This document shows, piece by piece, positions 17,549 through 26,607 of a stretch of 30,733 nt of DNA. The stretch lies in contig JAFREV010000099.1 of the NCBI GenBank assembly GCA_017434685.1, positions 1 to 30,733 of the forward strand, read 5' to 3'. The DNA is from Mogibacterium sp. GTDB lineage: Bacteria; Bacillota; Clostridia; Peptostreptococcales; Anaerovoracaceae. Numbering within the stretch: the first letter of the stretch is position 1; each line of letters begins with the position of its first letter. The notes under the pieces are model-generated. The model made no database searches. It saw only the letters and a program-made list of their open reading frames with translations, and was not told where the DNA came from. Both the position numbers and the translations under genes were made by a program.

Positions 17549-17576
17549 TGCAGAAAACATAACAAATCCAAAAGGT

Positions 17577-17612
17577 AAGGAGTCTGAGGGCATAGCCCGC
17601 AGACTCCTTTTT
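17577..17612 (+). terminator. Rho-independent terminator
   Basis: AAGGAGTCTG-A-GGGC-ATA-GCCC-G-CAGACTCCTT followed by T-run. Confidence 0.85.
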
Positions 17613-17766
17613 CATCCTCATAATATATAAAGTTATCAATTAGGGAGAAGGACAGTGTTATGACTTATGATAAAGAATAACCGCTCTGTAACCATCATGA
17701 GAATACAATTCATAATGTAAAAAAAGGATATTGAGTGATATTCAATTCTTTTTCGGAGGACAGAAA

Positions 17767-20700
17767 ATGAATAGCATGAAGGGTAAATTGGCAACTGCAT
17801 TGATATCGGCAGCTGTGGTAATCGGCATGATGCCGTTATTTGCATCGCAGGTGCATGCGACGGACGGCGTGCAGTACCTCTATCGAAGCTGGGACTCAGA
17901 CAGCAAGAAGGTAGTCACGGAAACGAGAACCGCTAACTGCGTGGATTACAACGGCAGCATGAAAGACCTCCACCAGGGATGGTACTACGTGAACGGCTAT
18001 CACACGGTAGAAGATAGGGTGAACGTCTCCGGCGAGGTCAACATCATCATCCTGGACGGTTCCACTCTGTACCTGAAGGACGGCATCCATGTCCCTGCCA
18101 GCTCAACGCTCAACATCTACAATACACCGGGTGGCGAAAACGGGCTTTTTAATGCTGTGGTTGACACCAACAACTATGCTGCCATCGGTGGAAACGATGG
18201 TGAGGCTGCAGGTAATATCAACATACATAGTGGAAAGGTAATCGCAAATGCCTATAACGACAACAAAGGTGACGATGCAGCCGGCATAGGCGGTGGTTGC
18301 AACGGTAACGGCGGTACGGTCAGGATCTACGGCGGCACTGTCATGGCTCAGGGGGCCAACGAGTCCTCTTCTGGCGGCGCCGGCATCGGCGGCGGCGATA
18401 AAGGCACTGGCGGTGAAACATTTATCTACGGAGGCACGGTTACGGCCACGGGCGGTCCGGACGGCGCCGGCATCGGTGGCGGAAATGGGGCCAGCGGCGG
18501 CGGTGTTTATATACACGGCGGAAAGGTCATAGCTAATGGTGGCAACTACGCCGCAGGCATCGGCAGCGGCGACGCTGACGGAGACAATATCCATGGTGGC
18601 AATGTAGGGATATATGGTGGTGACGTGACCGCAGCAGGAGGCTGCGATGCAGCCGGTATAGGCGGCGGCGAGGATGGTGCAGGAGGAAATATCCATATTT
18701 CTGCTGGCACGGTTAAGGCGACCGGTGGAGTAAATGGCGCCGGAATTGGCGGCGGCGACTGCGGTGATGGAGGAACCATAACGATAAGTGGCGGTGATAA
18801 GATCACAGCCACAGGCGGCGCTAATGGAGCCGGTATTGGTGGCGGCAACGACCGCGTCTTTACAAAGATCGAAATCTCAGGCGGCACGATTGAGGCCACA
18901 GGCGGTGACTACGCGGCCGGCATCGGAAGTGGCGACAGAGATACCTCCACTGACGGCGGAACTATAAACATCAGTGGAGGAAATGTCACGGCAAAAGGTG
19001 GTACCGACGCTGCCGGAATCGGCGGCGGCGAGTGCTGCTCTGGCGGCACCATCAGCATCACTAACGGAGAAGTGATCGCAACCGGCGGCGTCGGCGGCGC
19101 GGGGATTGGCGGCGGCGACAGCGGCAATGGCGGAACAATCACAATAGAAAACGGTGTTGTTAAAGCCAAAGGCGGCCTGGAGATAGATAAAGACAACAAC
19201 AAACCTACAACAAACAATAGCGGCGCGGGGATCGGCGGCGGCTATGACGGCAATGGCGGAATAATAACAATAAAAGGCGGTGCCGTTGAAGCACGTGGCG
19301 GTGATTCTGCTGCGGGCATCGGCGGCGGAAGTGCCGGCGATGGCGGTAAGATTACCATAAGCGGAGGCACAATCACAGCCTCAGGTGAAATAAACGGAGA
19401 GCGTATTGAAGGCGTTTATGATGAAACTACCGGCGGTGCGGGGATCGGCGGCGGTCGAAATGATAACGGCGGCGAGATCATTATTACCGGAGGCACTATC
19501 GATGCAAGAGGCGGTCATGCCGCTGCCGGAATCGGCGGCGGAGTCGAAGGTAACGGCGGCACTATAACGATAAAAGGAGGCACAATCAAAGAAGCCAAGG
19601 GCGGATTCTATGCTGATTATAGTATAACAACTAGACAGCGCTGGGATGAAGGCGGGGCCGGTATCGGCGGCGGCGGAGACGGTGGCTCCGGCGGCACTAT
19701 CACCATTGATGGCGGCACCATCAATGCTCATGGGGGATGTCTGGGCGCTGGCATTGGAGGAGGAAGCGATGGTGCGTCCGGACAGATCGTAATAAATGAC
19801 GGGGAGATCAAAGAGGCAAAGAGCGGAAACGGCGGTGCAGGCATAGGCTCGGGCTCCACATGCACAAAAGATAACGCTGTGAATGTAACGATTAACGGCG
19901 GTAAAATCAGGGCGGTGGCCAGCGGGGCTCATCTTGCTACTGAAGGTTTATTTTCCTTTGCATTCAATCCCGGAGCAGCGATAGGAGCAGGAGGACCTTA
20001 TTATAAAACTACAGCGCTCGATCCGCCTGAACTTGTTGACGAGGCATATTTCAACGGGACGATCGATTTAAAATGCGGCGATGTGACTGTTGAAACCAAG
20101 GGAGTAGTTCCTATCGGAGGAACTGAAGAAGCCTGCGTCAATGATAGTAACGGAAAAGTAATATTTAATGGAGCGACCGTGCGCAGGCACAACATCGGCA
20201 CGCAGTACTGCAGGATGGTTTATGCAAAGGAGTTCCAATTCGGTGACTTGAGTCAGAGCGTAAGCTGCTATACATCAGCAAAGAACTACAACGAAGGTAA
20301 AACCACTTTGATTGTTCCAAAGAACGAAAGGGCTAACAAGATCCAGTCAAGCGATATGCCTTTCGAATATGTAGTGGTAGACAAATGCAATCATTCTGAC
20401 AGCACCTATAATGACAATGACAGTGACCATGACAGCACGCATTCACAGGAGTGCAACAGCTGCAATTACATCATAGATGCAGCAGAGCATAACTATGGTG
20501 ATCCTGAATGGACATGGGCTAAAGACTGCAGCTCTGCGACAGCTGAGTTCAAATGCATCCATTGCGGGCATGGCGAAGAGGTAACCGCAGAAATCACAAG
20601 CGACAAACCTGCTGAAGGCGGTGAAACGCAGGAGAAGACTGTCTATACGGCAACTGTGACCTTCAGGGGTAAAGAATACATAGATAAAAAAACTAAGGTC

Positions 20701-23166
20701 TTCAGCAAAGAAGCAGAAGTAATTGAAGCACCGAAAGCCCAATCTCTTACCTACAACGCGGAAGAGCAGGCTCTGGTAACCGCCGGAGTGGCCAGTAACG
20801 GTAAGATGCTTTACGCTCTCGGTGAAAGCGGGAACACAGCTCCTGCTGAGGAGAAATTCAGCGAAACCATCCCGACCGGTATCAACGCGGGTAGTTACAG
20901 GGTGTGGTACATGGCCAAAGGGAATGAAGGATACAACGATACTGATCCGAAGAGCCTTACTGTTACTATAGCCAAGCTGGCCTCAGCGAATTTAGTTTTA
21001 AAAATGGATCCGGAGGAGAACGAATATACCGGAAACGAGATCAAACCTGCGATTGTCGCAACATGCAATGGAAAAGAGATACCCCTGCAGCAGTTCGATT
21101 ACACAATATTTGGGTACGAAAAAAATATAGAGGTCGGACAAGCCTCAGTAACTGTAGTGTATAATTCGGATAATTCGAATAATATCGCTATTGACATGCT
21201 ACATTTGATGGTATTTGTGCCCTTCAAGATCGTACAGGCAACGAACAATGTCAGTGTTGCACTGGAAGACTGGACAGTTAATGAGGAAGCGAAAACTCCA
21301 CAGCTTACTGCAGATTTCGGGGCAGATACCGCAGCCTTTGTATATAAGAAAAAAGATGCCGAAGACAGCACCTACACAGATGCTGTCCCGAGCGAAGAAG
21401 GCGAATATACCGTAAAGGCGACCATCCCGGAAACTAAAAACTATGCCGGAGCAGAAGCCACCTGCGACTTCGAGATCACCCATGAGCATGGATGGGGCGA
21501 ACCGTCTTACGAGTGGGCAGAGGATAACAGTACCGTCACAGCTACCCGAGTCTGCACGGTAGAAGGAAAGCACACGCAGACGGAAACGGTTAACACGACC
21601 AGTGAGGTGACCACGGAGCCGACCTGTGAAAACAAGGGAGAAGCGACCTACACAGCAACTTTCAAAAACGAGGCGTTTGCAACACAGACCAAAACAGCAG
21701 AAGTACCGGCACTGGGACACGACTGGAGTGAACCTTCTTATGAGTGGGCGAAGGACAACAGCACAGTCACTGCTACAAGAGTTTGCACATTGAACCCGAA
21801 GCACGTGCAGACTGAAACTGTTAACACGTCCAGTAATGTGACAACAGAACCGACTTGTGAAGACGAGGGAGCTGCGACATATACTGCAGCTTTCGAAAAT
21901 GCGGCGTTCGAAACACAGACTAAAACAGCAGACATACCGGCACTGGGCCACGACTGGAATGCGGCGACATACGAGTGGTCTGATGACAACAAATCTGTCA
22001 CGGCAACCAGAGTTTGCAAACGCGATGCATCGCACAAGGAAACCGAGACGGTCGAGGCTTCAGAAGAAACAAAACCTGCAACGTGTACAGAAAATGGCAA
22101 GACCACGTACACTTCGGGCGCTTTCGAAAACGAAGCGTTTGATGTTCAGACAAAAACAGAAGCCAATATCGATGCTCTCGGTCATGACTGGGGCGAGGTA
22201 ACATATGAGTGGGCAGATGGCAACAAATCTGTCACAGCTACCAGAGCTTGCAACCACGATGCAGAGCACAAAGAGTCAGAGATTGCGGAAGTAATTGTTG
22301 AAATTACAAAGCATGCAACATGCACATCCAAGGGAGAAACCACCTATACAGCAAGCTTTGAAAATGAGGCATTCAAGACGCAGACCAAGACTCTTGAAGA
22401 TGTAGCCATAGATCCTGATGCTCATACCTGGGATGAAGGCAAGGTCACAAAAGAAGCAACAGAGTCTGAAGAAGGAGAAATGACATACACCTGCACATTG
22501 TGCGGTGAAACCAGGACGGAAACAATTCTAAAGGTGAAACCTACTCCTGAACCAACTCCGGCACCTACGCCTGCAAAGAGCACTGCAAAACCGGTGCTCG
22601 TGGCCAAGGGAATCGCCAGCGGCAAGACATCTGTCAATATCTCATGGAACAAGGTCGCAGGTGCAGACAGGTATGCGATCTACCTCGCCAAGTGCAACTA
22701 CAAGGGCAAAAAGTACTCCTTCAAGCGAGTCAAGGTCGTAAATGCAAACACCCTGAAATGGAAGAAGACCAAGCTCAGCAAGAAGACTGCATACAAGTTC
22801 TACGTAGTAGCTGAGAAGAAGCAGGGCAGTACATACAAGACACTGGCCAAGAGCATAGACGGGCACTTCCTGACAGGAAACCTCAGGGGCAAATACACCA
22901 ACCCGAAGAGCCTCAAGCTTTCGAAGAGTGCGTACACCCTGAAGAAGGGCCGGAGCGCAACCATTAAGGGAAGCGTGAGCAAGGTCAGAAAGGGCAAGAA
23001 GCTCACCACGAGCCACGCAGCTACCTACAGGTACACCAGCAACAACCCATCGGTTGCGACAGTAAACTCGAAGGGCAAGATCACAGCCAAGGGTCAGGGC
23101 ACAGCAGTGATCTATGTCCAGACCATCAACGGTATCTGGAAGACCTGCAAGGTGACCGTTAAGTAG
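17767..23166 (+). CDS. Large secreted/cell-surface repeat protein (1799 aa): Gly-rich AGIGGG repeats, Ig/MBG-like domains, His/Cys repeats, Pro-Thr linker, basic FN3-like and Ig-like (Big_2-type) C-terminus
   Basis: GGAGG precedes ATG 17767; signal peptide ending ..QVHA; repeats visible in the translation; C-terminal TYRYTSNNPSVATVNSKGKITAKGQGTAVI is a Big_2-like motif. Confidence 0.88.
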   Translation: MNSMKGKLATALISAAVVIGMMPLFASQVHATDGVQYLYRSWDSDSKKVVTETRTANCVDYNGSMKDLHQGWYYVNGYHTVEDRVNVSGEVNIIILDGSTLYLKDGIHVPASSTLNIYNTPGGENGLFNAVVDTNNYAAIGGNDGEAAGNINIHSGKVIANAYNDNKGDDAAGIGGGCNGNGGTVRIYGGTVMAQGANESSSGGAGIGGGDKGTGGETFIYGGTVTATGGPDGAGIGGGNGASGGGVYIHGGKVIANGGNYAAGIGSGDADGDNIHGGNVGIYGGDVTAAGGCDAAGIGGGEDGAGGNIHISAGTVKATGGVNGAGIGGGDCGDGGTITISGGDKITATGGANGAGIGGGNDRVFTKIEISGGTIEATGGDYAAGIGSGDRDTSTDGGTINISGGNVTAKGGTDAAGIGGGECCSGGTISITNGEVIATGGVGGAGIGGGDSGNGGTITIENGVVKAKGGLEIDKDNNKPTTNNSGAGIGGGYDGNGGIITIKGGAVEARGGDSAAGIGGGSAGDGGKITISGGTITASGEINGERIEGVYDETTGGAGIGGGRNDNGGEIIITGGTIDARGGHAAAGIGGGVEGNGGTITIKGGTIKEAKGGFYADYSITTRQRWDEGGAGIGGGGDGGSGGTITIDGGTINAHGGCLGAGIGGGSDGASGQIVINDGEIKEAKSGNGGAGIGSGSTCTKDNAVNVTINGGKIRAVASGAHLATEGLFSFAFNPGAAIGAGGPYYKTTALDPPELVDEAYFNGTIDLKCGDVTVETKGVVPIGGTEEACVNDSNGKVIFNGATVRRHNIGTQYCRMVYAKEFQFGDLSQSVSCYTSAKNYNEGKTTLIVPKNERANKIQSSDMPFEYVVVDKCNHSDSTYNDNDSDHDSTHSQECNSCNYIIDAAEHNYGDPEWTWAKDCSSATAEFKCIHCGHGEEVTAEITSDKPAEGGETQEKTVYTATVTFRGKEYIDKKTKVFSKEAEVIEAPKAQSLTYNAEEQALVTAGVASNGKMLYALGESGNTAPAEEKFSETIPTGINAGSYRVWYMAKGNEGYNDTDPKSLTVTIAKLASANLVLKMDPEENEYTGNEIKPAIVATCNGKEIPLQQFDYTIFGYEKNIEVGQASVTVVYNSDNSNNIAIDMLHLMVFVPFKIVQATNNVSVALEDWTVNEEAKTPQLTADFGADTAAFVYKKKDAEDSTYTDAVPSEEGEYTVKATIPETKNYAGAEATCDFEITHEHGWGEPSYEWAEDNSTVTATRVCTVEGKHTQTETVNTTSEVTTEPTCENKGEATYTATFKNEAFATQTKTAEVPALGHDWSEPSYEWAKDNSTVTATRVCTLNPKHVQTETVNTSSNVTTEPTCEDEGAATYTAAFENAAFETQTKTADIPALGHDWNAATYEWSDDNKSVTATRVCKRDASHKETETVEASEETKPATCTENGKTTYTSGAFENEAFDVQTKTEANIDALGHDWGEVTYEWADGNKSVTATRACNHDAEHKESEIAEVIVEITKHATCTSKGETTYTASFENEAFKTQTKTLEDVAIDPDAHTWDEGKVTKEATESEEGEMTYTCTLCGETRTETILKVKPTPEPTPAPTPAKSTAKPVLVAKGIASGKTSVNISWNKVAGADRYAIYLAKCNYKGKKYSFKRVKVVNANTLKWKKTKLSKKTAYKFYVVAEKKQGSTYKTLAKSIDGHFLTGNLRGKYTNPKSLKLSKSAYTLKKGRSATIKGSVSKVRKGKKLTTSHAATYRYTSNNPSVATVNSKGKITAKGQGTAVIYVQTINGIWKTCKVTVK
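18178..19995 (+). repeat. Coding repeat array: ~19 copies of [AG]A[GA]IG[GS]G...GG.I.I.GG.V.A.GG
   Basis: Counted by eye in the translation, from AAIGGNDG to GAAIGAGG. Confidence 0.85.
21487..22530 (+). repeat. Coding tandem repeats: four 77-80-aa units (H.W....YEW..DN..VTATR.C.....H...E......PTC...G..TYTA.F.N.AF..QTKT) plus one short HTWDEG..C..C unit
   Basis: Unit-start His codons at 21487, 21718, 21949, 22183 and 22423 (periods 231, 231, 234 and 240 nt). Confidence 0.9.
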
Positions 23167-23265
23167 ACAAACAAATTTATAGAATCTGAATTAACTCGAA
23201 CGAAAGAATTCCCGGTGCTATTATTGGGTATGGCAATGGGACAGAATAATTCAGAAAATGCAAAG

Positions 23266-23315
23266 AAAAAAAGAGAATTGCGGCATGCTGGATGGTGTGC
23301 GCAGTTCTCTTTTTT
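23266..23315. terminator. Strong, probably bidirectional terminator
   Basis: A7-GAGAATTGCG...CGCAGTTCTC-T6 with an inner GCATGC/GTGTGC extension. Confidence 0.85.
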
Positions 23316-23347
23316 ATGCTTTTTCCGTTCTTGTGATGACGGCTAAG

Positions 23348-23533
23348 ATGAAGCTTTCAGACAGGAATCGCAGGATCCTTTCAGTTGTATTCTGGGCATT
23401 TATCGGCTCGCAGTGCGCTGCATTTTTCAGAAGGCCTGTTGCCGAAGACGGCACGGTAAAGAAATCGCAGACCCCGGTTATTCTCATACTGGCAGCGGTA
23501 ATTATAGGATTACTGATGAATACAATGATATAG
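23348..23533 (+). CDS. Possible small two-TM membrane protein (61 aa)
   Basis: MKLSDRNRRILSVVFWAFIGSQCAAFFRR...VILILAAVIIGLLMNTMI. The longer track ORF runs through the terminator, so a later start was chosen. No clear RBS. Confidence 0.4.
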   Translation: MKLSDRNRRILSVVFWAFIGSQCAAFFRRPVAEDGTVKKSQTPVILILAAVIIGLLMNTMI

Positions 23534-23537
23534 CTGA

Positions 23538-24023
23538 TTAGTTATTGTATGTGCCCGGGGCCTCGGCTACTGCGAGCACATGGCCTTCCATGGCATGCAT
23601 CAGCTCGTTGTAGAAGAAACCTCTCTCAAGATCAAGCTCGCAATCCAGCGCGTACACTTTCAGAGTATATACGTGCGGCTCGTTCGGTGGTGCCATACCA
23701 ATATATCCGACTGAGTTCTCTCTGCCGTTTGAACCGAAGCAGCTGTTGACTCCCTGCACGAAATCGGCATTTGCACTTGCTCCTTCAGGAATGTCCGTGC
23801 TCTTGATGTTTGCGGCAATCCAATGAATCCACACGAAACCGCATACCGGAACCGAGTCGATATCGTCCAGTACGAGCGCATAAGAAACAGTGCCCGCAGG
23901 TGCATCCTCGATCTTGAACGGAACCGAGAGGCAAGGGTTGCCGAAACCGTCTTTGAGTTCACCGTGTTTGCCGTACTTGTCCGGAATCATTCCGCCGTTC
24001 ATAGCTTCACTTACTATCTTCAT
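23538..24023 (-). CDS. YbhB/YbcL family Raf-kinase-inhibitor-like (PEBP) protein
   Basis: IPDKYGK, APAGTVSYALVLDDIDSVPVCGFVWIHWIAANI, YIGMAPPNEPHVYTLKVYALD; RBS AGGAGG. Confidence 0.9.
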   Translation of the reverse strand: MKIVSEAMNGGMIPDKYGKHGELKDGFGNPCLSVPFKIEDAPAGTVSYALVLDDIDSVPVCGFVWIHWIAANIKSTDIPEGASANADFVQGVNSCFGSNGRENSVGYIGMAPPNEPHVYTLKVYALDCELDLERGFFYNELMHAMEGHVLAVAEAPGTYNN

Positions 24024-24085
24024 ATTATTATCCTCCTAATATCTATGCTTATGCTAATTTGAATTTTACAACAGTTCACCCGCGA

Positions 24086-24114
24086 TTGCATCTATATCAC
24101 CACAGTGATATAAT
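24086..24114 (+). promoter_or_regulatory. SigA promoter with a palindromic operator between -35 and -10
   Basis: TTGCAT (24086-24091), 17 nt, TATAAT (24109-24114) with extended TG; TATATCAC-N4-GTGATATA palindrome at 24093-24112. Confidence 0.75.
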
Positions 24115-24141
24115 ACCGAAAACAAAGCAAAGGACACGAAC

Positions 24142-24822
24142 ATGGAACTGTATCACGGATCGACAAAGGTAATCAGAAAGCCGGAGTACGGAGCAGGCCG
24201 AAAACACAACGACTACGGCCTTGGTTTCTACTGCACGGAGCATATCGAACTGGCCGGTGAGTGGGCCTGCTCTTCAATTGAAGACGGAATTATCAATCAC
24301 TACGATCTGGACGATAAAAATCTGAATATTCTAAGGCTTAACAGCGAGGACTTCTCAATACTCAATTGGATGGCCGTGCTCGTGACAAACAGACTGTTCA
24401 GACCGAGCGCTCCTGTTGCGACAAAGGCCAGGCGATACCTCGAAGAGAATTTCCTCGTAAACGTAAACGCATACGATGTTGTAATAGGTTACCGCGCAGA
24501 CGACAGGTACTACGATTTTGCGGATGCCTTCCTAAACAACACGATTACTGTCGAGCAGCTTGCCGGAGCGATGAGGCTCGGCAAACTCGGAGAGCAGGTA
24601 GTGATCAAATCCGAATACGCTTTCGACAAACTCTCCTTTGTTGACAGCCTAGCAGCGGATAAAGAAATCTATTACCCGAGGAGAAAAGCCCGAGATGAAA
24701 AGGCAGATGCCGGGTTCACAAAAATATGCGAAGGCGAAACGGACGGCCTGTTCATGATAGATATAATGAGAGGTGGAATCGGAAATGACGATGCACGCAT
24801 ACCAAGAAACATACCTGAATAG
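24142..24822 (+). CDS. DUF3990-family protein (putative ADP-ribosyltransferase-fold toxin)
   Basis: MELYHGS, NDYGLGFYCT, A.EWA, YDVVIGYRADD and LGEQVVIKS. Confidence 0.8.
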   Translation: MELYHGSTKVIRKPEYGAGRKHNDYGLGFYCTEHIELAGEWACSSIEDGIINHYDLDDKNLNILRLNSEDFSILNWMAVLVTNRLFRPSAPVATKARRYLEENFLVNVNAYDVVIGYRADDRYYDFADAFLNNTITVEQLAGAMRLGKLGEQVVIKSEYAFDKLSFVDSLAADKEIYYPRRKARDEKADAGFTKICEGETDGLFMIDIMRGGIGNDDARIPRNIPE

Positions 24823-25429
24823 CGCGATGAAAAACATAGGAGATATGTTCGACTTTGCGATTAACGACTTCGGTATTCCTATGGAAGATTTTTCTGTGAT
24901 GTTCACGACATCTGTCGTTTGTCGAAAGATTGAAAACGGCGAGCCGAAATATCTGGTAGGCAAGAGCGGCATTGAGCTTGCTGTAGAAGTAATTGAAGAA
25001 AAGACAGGAGTTGCTCCGGAGTCGGAAACAGATGTGATGCCTGACAGAACGCCGGACTATTGGTGTGGCTGGGCTCTTTGCTACTACCAGTGGCTGAGGG
25101 CAATTCCGTATAGAAAGCTCCTGGAGGCGATGCCATATGAAGACTTAAGAGGCCTGTATCCGACTCTGCACGAAGCCGACCTCAGCAAATTTGCCGAAAC
25201 GATGGATAAGATCATCGGAAAATCAGCGAAGGATACCAACCTCAAAAGAATCAGAAGCGCTTACGGATACTCACAGAGCGGACTTGCAGATAAAAGCGGG
25301 GTCTCTCTCAGATCGATCCAGATGTATGAACAGCGCAACAAAGACATTAACAAGGGACAGTCGGAGACATTGTTGAGGCTGGCCCGAGCGCTGGGCTGCA
25401 GCATGGAGGATCTGCTCGAACCGGCATAA
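24785..25429 (+). CDS. Protein with a C-terminal XRE/Cro HTH (putative antitoxin/regulator)
   Basis: C-terminal NLKRIRSAYGYSQSGLADKSGVSLRSIQMYEQ..KDINK...TLLRLARALGCSMEDLL; overlaps the DUF3990 gene; GAGGTG lies upstream of ATG 24785. Confidence 0.82.
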   Translation: MTMHAYQETYLNSAMKNIGDMFDFAINDFGIPMEDFSVMFTTSVVCRKIENGEPKYLVGKSGIELAVEVIEEKTGVAPESETDVMPDRTPDYWCGWALCYYQWLRAIPYRKLLEAMPYEDLRGLYPTLHEADLSKFAETMDKIIGKSAKDTNLKRIRSAYGYSQSGLADKSGVSLRSIQMYEQRNKDINKGQSETLLRLARALGCSMEDLLEPA

Positions 25430-25506
25430 GCAACTTGTTTGCAGCGGCGTGAAGGAATAGAATGCAAGCATCTAAAGATAAAGATGAAAGGATATATCAG
25501 CGGACA

Positions 25507-26601
25507 ATGAAAGAGAAATTTGATCTTCAGCAATACCTGTCAGATGGGGTAGAGCAGGTAGTAAAGGATGCGATGAAAGCCACTCTCAAAGATCCGAGGG
25601 AGAGTGCTTTTATTGCGAAGTTCGCCGTCGCAAGCGCGAAAGCAAATATAAAGAGAATCAAAGAGGAGAAGGAAGGACTTCACGTGCCTTCTTATCTTAT
25701 TGCAAGTATAACTTCGAGCTGCAACCTTCACTGCGCGGGCTGCTACTCAAGAGCGAATAATGCCACAGTAGACTGCGAGCCGAAGAAACAGCTGACGGAC
25801 GAGGAGTGGCTTTGCATATTCAAAGAAGCCGAGGAACTCGGCATCAGCTTCATACTGCTTGCCGGAGGCGAGCCTATGCTGAGATGGGATGTGCTGCAAG
25901 CGGCGGGAAGCGTTCCGAACATACTCTTTCCGATTTTTACAAACGGCACTTTCATGAGCGAAAAATACATGGAGCTTCTGGACAGCTGCCGCAACCTCAT
26001 ACCGGTCATAAGCATTGAAGGCGATCGCAGCGAGACTGACAGGCGTCGTGGCGAAGGTGTTTACGACACCGTAATATCCAAAATGGATGAACTGCACAGG
26101 CGCGGCCTTATATACGGAGTGTCGGTTACCGTCACAAAGGAGAACCTGCATGAGGTATATTCAGATGAATTCCTCGACCTAATGATACAGCGCGGATGCA
26201 AAGCCGTATTCTACATTGAATATGTGCCTGTGACAGATGAGAGCAAGGAACTTGCGCCTGACGATGCCGACCGCGATTATATGACTGAGAAGATGGACAG
26301 CTTGAGGGCAAATCACCAGGATATGATGTACGTTGCATTCCCGGGGGATGAAAAAAGCTCCGGTGGATGCCTTGCAGCGGGACGCGGGTTCTTTCACATC
26401 AACTCGCATGGTGGAGCGGAGCCTTGCCCGTTCTCGGCATATTCAGATATCAATGTAAAGGACACCTCAGTAAGAGAAGCGATGGGCTCAGGCCTTTTCA
26501 CCGCACTTCGAGACGGTGGCGTGCTCTCGGGCGAACACATCGGCGGCTGCGTCCTTCACGAAAAACGCGACCAAGTCGAAGCAATACTCAGGGGAGAATA
26601 A
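25507..26601 (+). CDS. Radical SAM protein with a SPASM/twitch-type C-terminal domain, function unknown
   Basis: ITSSCNLHCAGCYS, LAGGEPMLR, FTNGT, SIEG and GGCLAAGRGFFHINSHGGAEPCPF. Start uncertain (25462 or 25507). Confidence 0.85.
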   Translation: MKEKFDLQQYLSDGVEQVVKDAMKATLKDPRESAFIAKFAVASAKANIKRIKEEKEGLHVPSYLIASITSSCNLHCAGCYSRANNATVDCEPKKQLTDEEWLCIFKEAEELGISFILLAGGEPMLRWDVLQAAGSVPNILFPIFTNGTFMSEKYMELLDSCRNLIPVISIEGDRSETDRRRGEGVYDTVISKMDELHRRGLIYGVSVTVTKENLHEVYSDEFLDLMIQRGCKAVFYIEYVPVTDESKELAPDDADRDYMTEKMDSLRANHQDMMYVAFPGDEKSSGGCLAAGRGFFHINSHGGAEPCPFSAYSDINVKDTSVREAMGSGLFTALRDGGVLSGEHIGGCVLHEKRDQVEAILRGE

Positions 26602-26607
26602 TATACA

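Noticed and set aside
21487-22530. CRISPR-like periodic repeats
   Set aside because: The periodicity is 231-240 nt, in frame, with synonymous divergence, so these are protein repeats. No CRISPR array or cas gene is in the window.
23258-23347. N-terminal 30 codons of the track ORF 23258-23533
   Set aside because: They run through the strong terminator at 23266-23315, so they are unlikely to be translated.
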